DNA from: an uncultured Lachnospiraceae bacterium
Lineage (GTDB): Bacteria; Bacillota; Clostridia; Lachnospirales; Lachnospiraceae
Assembly (NCBI GenBank): GCA_902795895.1
Contig: CADBNB010000204.1
Location: forward strand, 1-52,904
Reading direction: 5' to 3'
Length of the DNA: 52,904 nt
The translations under genes and the position numbers were made by a program. Each line of letters begins with the position of its first letter. Position 1 is the stretch's first letter. The notes below the pieces were generated by a model. It made no database searches. It worked only from the letters and a program-made list of their open reading frames with translations, and had not been told where the DNA came from. This document shows, piece after piece, positions 1 to 8,311 of the stretch.

Positions 1-298
1 AATATCCGCCGCATCATAACAATACGGCGGATATCTATAAACTTATTTTAGATATTTGCCCTGTCTACTTGACAGGGGGCTGATCAATTCATGCTACACT
101 GGCTATACGCCTATTTTTTACACATGTTTTTTTCTATTGTAAGATAGATGACAAATATCTGGAAGTTCTTTCGACCAAGGCAATAAGGTATCAATCACCT
201 TTGGATTGTTGGAGCACTCCATCCTACCTGATTTATTATATCGTTTTGAATTGCTTCCAATGCTAGAATCTGTGATAGAGTAACTCACGGAAAAACTG

Positions 299-1750
299 TT
301 ATTCAGTAAGGAATGTTCCACCCCATTCAACAACGGTAAATCCGCTACGTGTCTTAGGTGTTAATACCTGTTCTTTTACAGAAATAGGTGCATCAAGTGC
401 CTTCATTTCCATCAATACACGAATTACAGTATCAGGATTTCCACTGACAGAAAGTGGCATGTTTTTATTGATTTCATTTTCTGTGGCAAAACGAATGTAG
501 TTGTATTTGTTTGCCTCAAGTTTAGGTAACCAGTATAAGATAAATTCTTCTGCTTCTTTGTAATTCAAACCTAAAATTGCAAGTTTTTCTTCTAAGAATT
601 CAGCCGCGTCTTCACCTTTTACTACAAATCCGTCTTCTGTCTGCTTGAAATCAACAATGTTTTTACTTTCATAATAAAGAGAATAAAGTGACTTTCCAGT
701 AGTTAAATCCTTTAACGTTCCGTCTGGCTCTGCAAGTACATTCCAGCTGTTTTTATACTTTGGATAGGTGCAGGTAAGCTTGTCAGGAGCACCTAAAGTA
801 ACCTCAATTTCCTGTTGCTTTTCAGGATATAGGTAGATGACTGGTTTGAAGCATATGTCTTTAGCACAATCATTGTCATAATAATTGTATTTTTCTCTAA
901 GCTGTATGCTTGTTACATTTTCTTTTGGAATTGCAAATAATTCAAATGCCATGGAAGGTGCTAAAGGACCACCATAGTGAGACTGTGTGAAATTATAGTC
1001 GATGTATATTGCTGAACCAGATACATGTAATTGATGGAAACAGTATTCTCTCGAATCAAAGCTACAATCATAATTGTAAATAGCTAAATAATTGTTTTCG
1101 AAAAAATTAAGGTTAAATGTTTTTCCTAATAAAGTAAATTTATCATGAAATGTAATTTTACCATTAGAAGTGTTGTTAGCATAAAGAGCTGAACCGGATG
1201 CTACAAAATTTTCGTATTCGGTTCTACTTTGTAAAACCTGTAGGTTACTAAAAGGATTAGATAGATTCAGGTTAGTGGTATCGGCATAATGAAATTGTAA
1301 AGTGTCCTTTGAGTCAATCGGATATTTCGTATAGTTTTCAAATGGTTCCCCAGTAAATTCTACATTTTCTGCTTTTATAGAGGAAGTGGATACTTTAGAA
1401 TTGATACTGGTATCTTTTTGCTTTTTGATAACACATTTTAATTTTTTCCCATTTTTTAATTTTGCAGTGATGGTAACTGATTTGGTTGTGGAATCACTTT
1501 TTTTAACCAACATCACCTGATTTTTTTTCTGATTTTTAATGTTTACAATTGTTTTATCACTGGTTGTCCATTTAACTGTTCCTGAGTAATTCTTAACAGA
1601 AAGTACCTTTTTATTACATTTGTTTAGTGAAATAGATGTAATTGATAACTTTGGTGTTTTTTTGCTGGCAGCTTGTGAAATAGTATTTGGCTGAGTATTG
1701 CTAATTATAGCCGTTACTGCAAGTGTTAGTGCTAAAATTTGTTTTTTCAT
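299..1750 (-). CDS. Secreted protein with signal peptide and Big_2-like Ig domain; large C-terminal region of unknown function
   Basis: ORF 299..1849(-). The internal ATG at 1750 follows an AGGAGAG RBS and gives a signal-like N-terminus, MKKQILALTLAVTAIISN. KKVLSVKNYSGTVKWTTSDKTIVNI resembles bacterial Ig-like group 2 repeats. I do not recognise the rest (KPVIYLYPE...). Confidence 0.75.
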   Translation of the reverse strand: MKKQILALTLAVTAIISNTQPNTISQAASKKTPKLSITSISLNKCNKKVLSVKNYSGTVKWTTSDKTIVNIKNQKKNQVMLVKKSDSTTKSVTITAKLKNGKKLKCVIKKQKDTSINSKVSTSSIKAENVEFTGEPFENYTKYPIDSKDTLQFHYADTTNLNLSNPFSNLQVLQSRTEYENFVASGSALYANNTSNGKITFHDKFTLLGKTFNLNFFENNYLAIYNYDCSFDSREYCFHQLHVSGSAIYIDYNFTQSHYGGPLAPSMAFELFAIPKENVTSIQLREKYNYYDNDCAKDICFKPVIYLYPEKQQEIEVTLGAPDKLTCTYPKYKNSWNVLAEPDGTLKDLTTGKSLYSLYYESKNIVDFKQTEDGFVVKGEDAAEFLEEKLAILGLNYKEAEEFILYWLPKLEANKYNYIRFATENEINKNMPLSVSGNPDTVIRVLMEMKALDAPISVKEQVLTPKTRSGFTVVEWGGTFLTE

Positions 1751-1946
1751 TATAATCTCTCCTCGTAAAATATTTATAAATTTTTGTGTATTCCTTCTCT
1801 CAACACACAGACTATTATAATCGAAAAAAATGTACTTTTTAAGTACCAATTAAAAAAAATATTGTCTTACAAGAGAGTGAGTGCTGCTTCACTTTCATAC
1901 ATGGTGTTGACTGCAAAGCAGTCGTGTCAGTTTAATGAAAATTGCA

Positions 1947-1977
1947 ACAAAAAAGCTATGAAAATCGTTTCATAGCT
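1947..1977 (-). terminator. Rho-independent terminator downstream of the XRE regulator gene
   Basis: Perfect 10-bp inverted repeat AGCTATGAAA (1954-1963) / TTTCATAGCT (1968-1977) with a 4-nt loop. The A-run at 1949-1954 reads as a T-run on the minus strand. Confidence 0.6.
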
Positions 1978-2051
1978 TAAAAAATATTCAAGTCTTGCCG
2001 TTTCTATAATTTGATGCACAAGGAGTGCCAGTGCGTTTTGCCTTGAATTAA

Positions 2052-2477
2052 TTACTCTCTGGAAATATTAAGATAACTTACATTTCTGTGTTGAGTAATA
2101 TCATATTTCTCAATATCTAACAGTTTGTCAACGGCATTCTGCATATTTGGATTTTGTCGATAACTTAATACTAAGGCTTTTTCTTTTTCGGATAAAGATA
2201 ATGCAAAGTCTTCTTCCTGTGAGTAGCCATATGTTTCAAGAACATTATCTTCGTTTTTATAACCAAAAGTTTCAAGAATATTGTCTACCTGATATAGGTC
2301 ACAAAGGAACATCAGTGTGTCTGCATCTGGTTGTGTGCGTCCTGTTTCCCAACCATAAATAGTTTTAGGTGCCGAAAAATTATTATGTTCTTGTAATATA
2401 TTGGATACTTCTTCAACAGAAAGGTGACTATTTTTTCGCAATGTTCTTAATGTGGTACCAATATTTGGATTTCTCAT
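2052..2477 (-). CDS. XRE-family helix-turn-helix transcriptional regulator (cI-like)
   Basis: ORF 2052..2576(-). The ATG at 2477 follows an AAAGGA RBS. The N-terminus IGTTLRTLRKNSHLSVEEVSNIL...YGWETGRTQPDADTLMFLCDLYQV is a typical HTH_3/XRE pattern. The C-terminal part contains an internal repeat, ILETFGY / VLETYGY. Confidence 0.85.
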   Translation of the reverse strand: MRNPNIGTTLRTLRKNSHLSVEEVSNILQEHNNFSAPKTIYGWETGRTQPDADTLMFLCDLYQVDNILETFGYKNEDNVLETYGYSQEEDFALSLSEKEKALVLSYRQNPNMQNAVDKLLDIEKYDITQHRNVSYLNISRE

Positions 2478-2633
2478 GGAATCAATCCTTTCAAATATTA
2501 TAATTATATTTTTATCGTTTTTTAATAAGTAGAAATTTTCGTATTCGTTAATTACCGTAATAAAGATAACAAACAATTATTTCTATTGTCAATGGAATTG
2601 GTAAAAATCTTGGAAATCAAGAATAATCACAGA

Positions 2634-2662
2634 TTGACAATCTTGTGAAACGAGAATAAAAT
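2634..2662 (+). promoter_or_regulatory. Sigma-70-like promoter for the small HTH gene, with the -35 box inside a 13-bp palindrome
   Basis: TTGACA (2634-2639), a 17-nt spacer, then TAAAAT (2657-2662). The -35 box lies within the perfect palindrome AGATTG-A-CAATCT (2631-2643). Confidence 0.5.
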
Positions 2663-2712
2663 GATAAATAATCTGTTTAATGATAGGAAAACATAAATCG
2701 GAGGAAGAAAAA

Positions 2713-2898
2713 ATGAATATGAAAAATAAAGTATTGGATTATATTGAGGAAAAGAATGTTTCAATTGATATCTTGAAAGAAAAAACAGGATTAAAATCGG
2801 AAAAGTTTGAACGTGGAAATGATGTGGATTGGAGTGCAGAGGATTTATTGGTCATTTGCGCATATTTAGATGTTGAGCCAATGGAACTTTATGGATAA
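2713..2898 (+). CDS. Small helix-turn-helix protein (Cro/XRE-like, 61 aa)
   Basis: ORF 2680..2898. The ATG at 2713 follows a GGAGGAAG RBS. The size, the motif WSAEDLLVICAYLDVEPMELY and the divergent position relative to the XRE repressor fit a Cro-like partner. Confidence 0.7.
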   Translation: MNMKNKVLDYIEEKNVSIDILKEKTGLKSEKFERGNDVDWSAEDLLVICAYLDVEPMELYG

Positions 2899-2957
2899 GT
2901 TTCGTAAATGATAATAAATTGAAAAAGAAAATAAAGGAAGATGTTAGGGAGTAATTT

Positions 2958-2984
2958 GAGTAGACGTGTGTCTGCTCTTTTTTT
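2958..2984 (+). terminator. Rho-independent terminator after the small HTH gene
   Basis: Stem GAGTAGAC (2958-2965) / GTCTGCTC (2970-2977) with one G-U pair, loop GTGT, followed by T7 (2978-2984). Confidence 0.65.
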
Positions 2985-2987
2985 ATG

Positions 2988-3140
2988 TAATAGGAAATTG
3001 TGATGCATTTTCCTGTTGCATAAAAAACGCTCCGCGAGGATGCGCAGACCGCGGAGATGGAGTTAATTGCTGCGCAATACCGTGGTGGCGCTAGAGTTTT
3101 GCAAGCAAAACTCTTTGTTCTAATAGGAAATTGCGATGCA
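2988..3140. repeat. 20-bp direct repeat pair bracketing a GC-rich double-hairpin module
   Basis: TAATAGGAAATTGTGATGCA (2988-3007) and TAATAGGAAATTGCGATGCA (3121-3140) match at 19 of 20 positions. Between them lie the hairpins CTCCGCG...CGCGGAG (about 3030-3056) and AGAGTTTTGC-AA-GCAAAACTCT (3093-3114). Confidence 0.6.
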
Positions 3141-3296
3141 AAACTCATTGTTTTAGTGGAATAATCTTTTGGGTTTTGATACAATTAATAATTGGATGTG
3201 ATGTTCGGGGAAAATTATGTGATTGACTGCGAAAACACCATTCTTTACCGTTGATTACGTATTAGCAAAATATGACTAGAAAAAGAGGCGAAGAAA

Positions 3297-4352
3297 ATGA
3301 AGAGATTGAAAAAAAGTGTTAGTATTGTAAGTTTGTTATTAATTGTAAGTTTGGGAATGTTTGGATGTAATTACGAGGTGCATTCAGACAAAAAACAATC
3401 AGGAAAGGTACAGATTGAAGCTACCCTTGAGGCAACAAACAGTGGGAAGACAGGGGATGAGGTGCAAAATGAGGATTTTCTTGGAAAAAAGAAAAAAACA
3501 GAAGCACCAATAGAAACACCAACAGAAACAGAGAGTGGAACCTACACCGTAGATACGATACCTTCGTATCATGGAATCCCTTACATATATTTGAAAGACA
3601 ATATGCCGGATTTTTCGGATGAGGATAAAGAGCGTGTGGATGCATTTGAAACATACAGCAAACTTGACAGTTTGGGGAGATGTGGCGTGGCATATGCGAA
3701 CATTTGCAAGGAGTTGATGCCTACAAAAGAGCGTCAGTCCATTGGAAAAGTAAAACCCTCAGGATGGCACACCGTAAAGTATAACGGTATAGTGGATGGA
3801 AATTATTTATATAACCGATGTCATTTGATTGGGTATCAGTTGGCAGCAGAAAATGCAAATGAAAAAAATCTGATTACGGGAACAAGGTATCTCAATATAG
3901 ATGGAATGCTTTCCTTTGAAGATGCAGTCAGCAAGTATGTGCAGAAAACGAACAATCACGTTTTGTACAGAGTGACTCCGATATTTGTAGGAAATGATTT
4001 AGTAGCCCGTGGGGTACAGATGGAAGCCTGGTCAGTGGAAGACGGAGGAAAGGGCATTTGTTTCCATGTGTTTCGTTACAATGCTCAACCGGGGATAACC
4101 ATTGACTATGCAACAGGCGACAGTGAAATCGCCAAGGAAACTGCGACGCCTTATAGTACACCTGAAAATGGACAGGAAGAAAATAAGGAATTAAAGAAAT
4201 TTGTTATTAATCGTAAAACAAAGAAGTTCCATTTGCCGGAGTGTTCAAATGCAGTTGATATGATTGAAGAAAATAAAATTGAGGTGGAAAGCACAGAGGA
4301 AGATTTGATAAAAGATGGATTTAGTCCATGTAAGAAATGCGTGGGAAAATAA
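3297..4352 (+). CDS. Secreted lipoprotein DNA/RNA non-specific endonuclease (DNA-entry nuclease EndA/NucA-like) with a C-terminal Cys-rich tail
   Basis: Lipobox LGMFGC after a signal peptide. The core SLGRCGVAYA...GWH...NRCHLIGYQLAAENANEKNLITGTRYLN...YRVTPIF matches the Endonuclease_NS_2 pattern. The tail is KKFHLPECSN...GFSPCKKC. Confidence 0.85.
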   Translation: MKRLKKSVSIVSLLLIVSLGMFGCNYEVHSDKKQSGKVQIEATLEATNSGKTGDEVQNEDFLGKKKKTEAPIETPTETESGTYTVDTIPSYHGIPYIYLKDNMPDFSDEDKERVDAFETYSKLDSLGRCGVAYANICKELMPTKERQSIGKVKPSGWHTVKYNGIVDGNYLYNRCHLIGYQLAAENANEKNLITGTRYLNIDGMLSFEDAVSKYVQKTNNHVLYRVTPIFVGNDLVARGVQMEAWSVEDGGKGICFHVFRYNAQPGITIDYATGDSEIAKETATPYSTPENGQEENKELKKFVINRKTKKFHLPECSNAVDMIEENKIEVESTEEDLIKDGFSPCKKCVGK

Positions 4353-4471
4353 AAGAGAAAGAAGATGTTAGGAAGTTGAAAAGTGGTTACATAAATGAAG
4401 AGTTTGTGGTACAATCTTTATGCAATAGTGGATTGAAAAGCGAACTTTAAAATATAACCAAGGAGAACATT

Positions 4472-5215
4472 ATGAGAAATATAAGATTAGTAATCGAATA
4501 CGACGGTTCAAGATATGACGGCTGGCAGAAGCAGAAAAGAAAAGGCAGCAACACCATTCAGGAGAAAATCGAAGAGGTTTTGGAAAAGATGGAAGGAAAG
4601 CCGGTGGAGTTGATTGGCGGTGCCAGAACAGAAGCCGGGGTTCATGCTTATGAGCAGATTGCAAATTTTAAGACAGATTCCAAAAAGAAAATGTATGAAA
4701 TCAAGCATTATTTAAACCGCTACCTTCCTATGGATATTGCTGTATTGGAAGTGGATGAGGTTCCAGAACGGTTTCACAGTGCATTTGGCGCAAGAGCCTT
4801 TATCTATGAATACAAAATCACCATGGGAGATGTTCCGTCTGTATTCCAGAGAAAATACAACTATTATTGTTTCCAGCAGTTAGATGCAGAAAAAATGAGA
4901 GAAGCATCAAAATATTTCCTGGGAAAACATGATTTTAAAGCATTTTCTGACAATAAGAGAATGAAAAAATCAACAGAGAGAGTCGTCCATGAGATTGATA
5001 TTTACGCAGATATGGAAGAGATGAGTATTACCATACAGGCAGATGATTTCTGGCCTCGTATGGCAAGAATTATGGTGGGAACACTCATTGAGGTAGGACG
5101 TGGTGAAATTCCACCGGAAAAGGTAAAAGATATCATAGAAAGCAAGGATCGTGAGCAGGCAGGAGAAACTGCAGAAGCAAAAGGATTATTTTTGCAGGAA
5201 ATCATTTACGAATAA
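4472..5215 (+). CDS. truA: tRNA pseudouridine(38-40) synthase
   Basis: The N-terminus MRNIRLVIEYDGSRYDGWQKQ and the motif GGARTEAGVHA (catalytic Asp replaced by Glu or nearby) are a typical TruA pattern. AAGGAG RBS at 4460. Confidence 0.93.
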   Translation: MRNIRLVIEYDGSRYDGWQKQKRKGSNTIQEKIEEVLEKMEGKPVELIGGARTEAGVHAYEQIANFKTDSKKKMYEIKHYLNRYLPMDIAVLEVDEVPERFHSAFGARAFIYEYKITMGDVPSVFQRKYNYYCFQQLDAEKMREASKYFLGKHDFKAFSDNKRMKKSTERVVHEIDIYADMEEMSITIQADDFWPRMARIMVGTLIEVGRGEIPPEKVKDIIESKDREQAGETAEAKGLFLQEIIYE

Positions 5216-5257
5216 AACATGATAAAGTTGACATTATCCTCTTTGGGGGGTATCATT

Positions 5258-5292
5258 AAAAGGTGTGTTTATTATAAAGAACACACCTTTTT
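5258..5292 (+). terminator. Rho-independent terminator after truA
   Basis: Stem AAGGTGTGTT (5260-5269) / AACACACCTT (5280-5289) followed by a T-run. Confidence 0.75.
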
Positions 5293-5359
5293 GTAAAGAT
5301 TTGATAGCGGGACTGATGACCGCTGCTATGATAGAAATAAACATGTAGGAGGATTTAAG

Positions 5360-7774
5360 ATGGCAACTACGTACAATCACAAAGTAATTGAGAAGAAATG
5401 GCAGAAGTATTGGGAGGAGCATGAAACATTCAAGACAGATGTTTGGGACTTTTCAAAGCCTAAGTATTATGCACTTGATATGTTCCCATATCCATCAGGA
5501 GTAGGTCTTCATGCAGGACATCCTGAAGGATATACAGCCACAGATATCATGTCACGTATGAAGAGAATGCAGGGATATAACGTGCTTCATCCAATGGGAT
5601 ATGATTCTTTCGGACTTCCGGCAGAGCAGTATGCAGTAAATACGGGTAATCATCCAAATGGATTTACACAGGAAAATGTTAAGACATTCTCAAAACAGTT
5701 GAAAGAATTAGGTTTCGATTATGACTGGTCTAAGATGATTGCAACATCGGATCCTTCATTTTATAAGTGGACACAGTGGATCTTTAAGCAGTTGTATCTT
5801 GACGGATATGCAAAGCATATCGATATGCCGGTTAACTGGTGTGAAGAACTTGGAACGGTGCTTTCTAATGACGAAGTTATCGACGGAAAGAGTGAACGTG
5901 GTGGTTTCCCTGTAGTTCGTAAGAATATGCCACAGTGGGTTATCGATCAGCCTGCATTTGCTGAAAAATTGTTGGAAGGTCTTGAGGAGATTGAATGGCC
6001 TGAGTCAACAAAAGAAATGCAGAGAAACTGGATTGGTAAGAGTACCGGTGTTGAGGTAGAATTTGAAATCGTTGGTGGTGGAAAGTTTTCTATCTTTACA
6101 ACTTGTATTGAGACGATTTATGGTATTACATTTATGGTACTTGCTCCAGACGGAGATATCGTTGCAGGATTATTAGACCGTGTGGAAAATAGAGAAGAAG
6201 TTCAGGCTTATATTGATGAGACAGTGAAGAAGTCTGATATGGATAGAACAGAGTTAAATAAGACAAAGTCCGGATGTGAATTAAAAGGACTTAAGTGTAT
6301 CAATCCGGTCAATGGCAAGGAAGTTCGTATGTTTATTGGAGATTTCGTACTTGCAAGCTATGGTACAGGAGCTGTTATGGCGGTACCTACTCATGACCAG
6401 AGAGACTTTGAATATGCACAGGTACACAATATTGAGATGATTCAGGTTATCGACGGTGGAGATGTTTCTGAGCATGCATTTGAAAAGCAGGATTACCTTG
6501 GTAAAGGATGCAAGTTGATTAACTCAGACGAATTTACAGGTATGACCGTAGAGGAAGCTAAGGAAGCAATTACAGATAAATTAGAGAAGATGGGCGTTGC
6601 CAAGAGAACAGTAAATTACCGTTTCCGTGAGTGGATTTTTGCTCGTCAGAGATATTGGGGAGAGCCAGTTCCTTGTGTTTATAAGGAAGACGGAAGTATT
6701 TATTTCCTTCCTGATGAGGAATTGCCACTTGTGTTACCTGAACTTGAGGATTACAAAGGTAAAAATGGTAAAGCTCCACTTGAAAATGCTACAGAGTGGA
6801 AAAAATATGATGCAAATGGCGTAAAAGGTACAAGAGAAACATCTACAATGCCTGGTTCTGCAGGTTCTTCATGGTACTACATGAGATATATTGATCCTGA
6901 AAATGACAAAGAGTTTGCAAATCAGGAATTGTTGAAACACTGGTTACCAGTTGACTTGTATGTTGGTGGACCAGAGCATGCAGTTGGACATTTGATGTAT
7001 GCAAGAATTTGGAACAGATTCTTATATGACAAGGGCTTATCACCAGTAAAAGAGCCATTTAAGAAGTTAGTTCATCAGGGTATGATTCTTGGTTCTAACG
7101 GAGTGAAGATGGGTAAGAGATTCCCAGAGTTTGTTGTAAATCCAAGTGATGTAGTGGAAGATTACGGCGCAGATACACTTCGTTTGTACGAAATGTTTAT
7201 GGGACCGCTTGAAGTTTCTAAGCCTTGGAGTGACAGCAATCTTCAGGGTGCTAAGAGATTTATCACAAGAGTATGGACATTCTTTACAGAGCCTGAAAAT
7301 ATCGTAGACGGACCTGTAAATGAATTGGAAAAGGTATATCATCAGACAGTTAAGAAAGTTACAGAAGACTTCGAAACATTAGGATATAATACAGCCATTG
7401 CGCAGATGATGATTTTCGTAAACGAAGTTTACAAAGTTGGAAAATGTTCAAGAGAGTATGCAGAAGGCTTGATTAAGATGCTTAGCTGTGTTGCACCACA
7501 CGTTGGTGAGGAAATCTGGCAGATTTTAGGACATGATGACACAATCGCATATGAGCCATGGCCAACATTTGATGAAGCTAAATGTGTAGAAAACACAGTA
7601 GAAATCGCTGTTCAGATTAATGGTAAGACAAAGGGAACTTTGGCAATCAACAAGGATGATGCGAAGGATGACGTTATTGCCAGAGCAAAAGAAGTGATTG
7701 CAGACAAGTTAGATGGTAACATTGTGAAAGAAATCTATGTACCAGGTAGAATTGTAAATATTGTTATGAAATAA
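5360..7774 (+). CDS. leuS: Leucine--tRNA ligase
   Basis: 804 aa with a HIGH-type motif (PYPSGVGLHAGHPEGY), a KMSKS-type motif (VKMGKRF) and LeuS-typical WIGKS and RQRYWGEP motifs. Confidence 0.98.
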   Translation: MATTYNHKVIEKKWQKYWEEHETFKTDVWDFSKPKYYALDMFPYPSGVGLHAGHPEGYTATDIMSRMKRMQGYNVLHPMGYDSFGLPAEQYAVNTGNHPNGFTQENVKTFSKQLKELGFDYDWSKMIATSDPSFYKWTQWIFKQLYLDGYAKHIDMPVNWCEELGTVLSNDEVIDGKSERGGFPVVRKNMPQWVIDQPAFAEKLLEGLEEIEWPESTKEMQRNWIGKSTGVEVEFEIVGGGKFSIFTTCIETIYGITFMVLAPDGDIVAGLLDRVENREEVQAYIDETVKKSDMDRTELNKTKSGCELKGLKCINPVNGKEVRMFIGDFVLASYGTGAVMAVPTHDQRDFEYAQVHNIEMIQVIDGGDVSEHAFEKQDYLGKGCKLINSDEFTGMTVEEAKEAITDKLEKMGVAKRTVNYRFREWIFARQRYWGEPVPCVYKEDGSIYFLPDEELPLVLPELEDYKGKNGKAPLENATEWKKYDANGVKGTRETSTMPGSAGSSWYYMRYIDPENDKEFANQELLKHWLPVDLYVGGPEHAVGHLMYARIWNRFLYDKGLSPVKEPFKKLVHQGMILGSNGVKMGKRFPEFVVNPSDVVEDYGADTLRLYEMFMGPLEVSKPWSDSNLQGAKRFITRVWTFFTEPENIVDGPVNELEKVYHQTVKKVTEDFETLGYNTAIAQMMIFVNEVYKVGKCSREYAEGLIKMLSCVAPHVGEEIWQILGHDDTIAYEPWPTFDEAKCVENTVEIAVQINGKTKGTLAINKDDAKDDVIARAKEVIADKLDGNIVKEIYVPGRIVNIVMK

Positions 7775-7787
7775 TCGATATTGGAAA

Positions 7788-7814
7788 GGCGCGCATATTT
7801 TTATGCGTGCTTTT
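7788..7814 (+). terminator. Rho-independent terminator after leuS
   Basis: GGCGCGCAT (7788-7796) / ATGCGTGC (7803-7810) with one wobble pair, followed by TTTT. Confidence 0.65.
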
Positions 7815-7838
7815 CGAATATACATGGAGTGATTTTAT

Positions 7839-8069
7839 ATGAGAGAAATGGAATTTAAAATGGAGCGGCAGAATCTGGTTAAGGTCGGCCAGCATGTTGA
7901 GGTGGTAGAACGTTCCTGTCCTGCAAATTATCACTACATTATAAAACCGGCAGTTGCAATGTCCGGTTGTGTGGCGGTAGGTGACCGACTTTCCGTATTG
8001 GAAGGAACAGTGACGGATATTAAGCATAATGACAGAGGTTTTTATGTGGTAGTGGAATTTGACGAATAG
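7839..8069 (+). CDS. Hypothetical small protein (76 aa)
   Basis: The ORF has a GGAGTG RBS 7 nt upstream. It sits in a compact same-strand gene row. I do not recognise a family. Confidence 0.55.
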   Translation: MREMEFKMERQNLVKVGQHVEVVERSCPANYHYIIKPAVAMSGCVAVGDRLSVLEGTVTDIKHNDRGFYVVVEFDE

Positions 8070-8099
8070 AATCATAGAAGAAATGAAAGGAAGAAAAAT

Positions 8100-8282
8100 A
8101 TGGATATCCAGATTGGCGATATTGTGAAATTAAAAAAACAACACCCATGCGGAAGCTATGAATGGGAAGTGCTTCGTGTGGGAATTGATTTCCGGTTAAA
8201 ATGTGTTGGATGCGGACATCAGGTAATGATGCCAAGAAAACAAGTGGAACGTATTGTAAAACAAGTGAGAAAATCGGAATAA
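8100..8282 (+). CDS. DUF951-family small protein
   Basis: 60 aa. GDIVKLKKQHPCGSYEWEVLRVGIDFRLKCVGCGHQVMMPRKQ matches my recollection of the DUF951 pattern (HPCG...W...R.G.D.r.kC..CgH). Confidence 0.75.
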   Translation: MDIQIGDIVKLKKQHPCGSYEWEVLRVGIDFRLKCVGCGHQVMMPRKQVERIVKQVRKSE

Positions 8283-8311
8283 AACTTAATGTTTGACTAT
8301 AGGAGGAAAAT

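Noticed and set aside
1784-1975. 63-aa plus-strand ORF in the Big_2 / XRE intergenic region
   Set aside because: It has no RBS, overlaps the 5' end of the Big_2 gene and the minus-strand terminator hairpin, and has no recognisable features.
2988-3140. CRISPR array
   Set aside because: There are only two 20-bp repeat copies 133 bp apart, with no regular repeat-spacer periodicity and no cas genes in the window.
2852-3184. 110-aa minus-strand ORF
   Set aside because: It spans a terminator, the direct repeats and the hairpins. It has no RBS, its composition is odd, and it overlaps the 3' end of the small HTH gene. It is most likely non-coding.
2052-4352. Prophage or integrative element around the XRE/Cro-like pair
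   Set aside because: There is no integrase, recombinase, or replication, structural or lysis gene nearby. The neighbours are a secreted protein, a nuclease and truA.
5216-5359. T-box leader upstream of leuS
   Set aside because: The gap is only about 145 nt. It is largely taken up by the truA terminator, and no T-box core (GGUGGUACCGCG-like) or specifier-loop architecture is visible.
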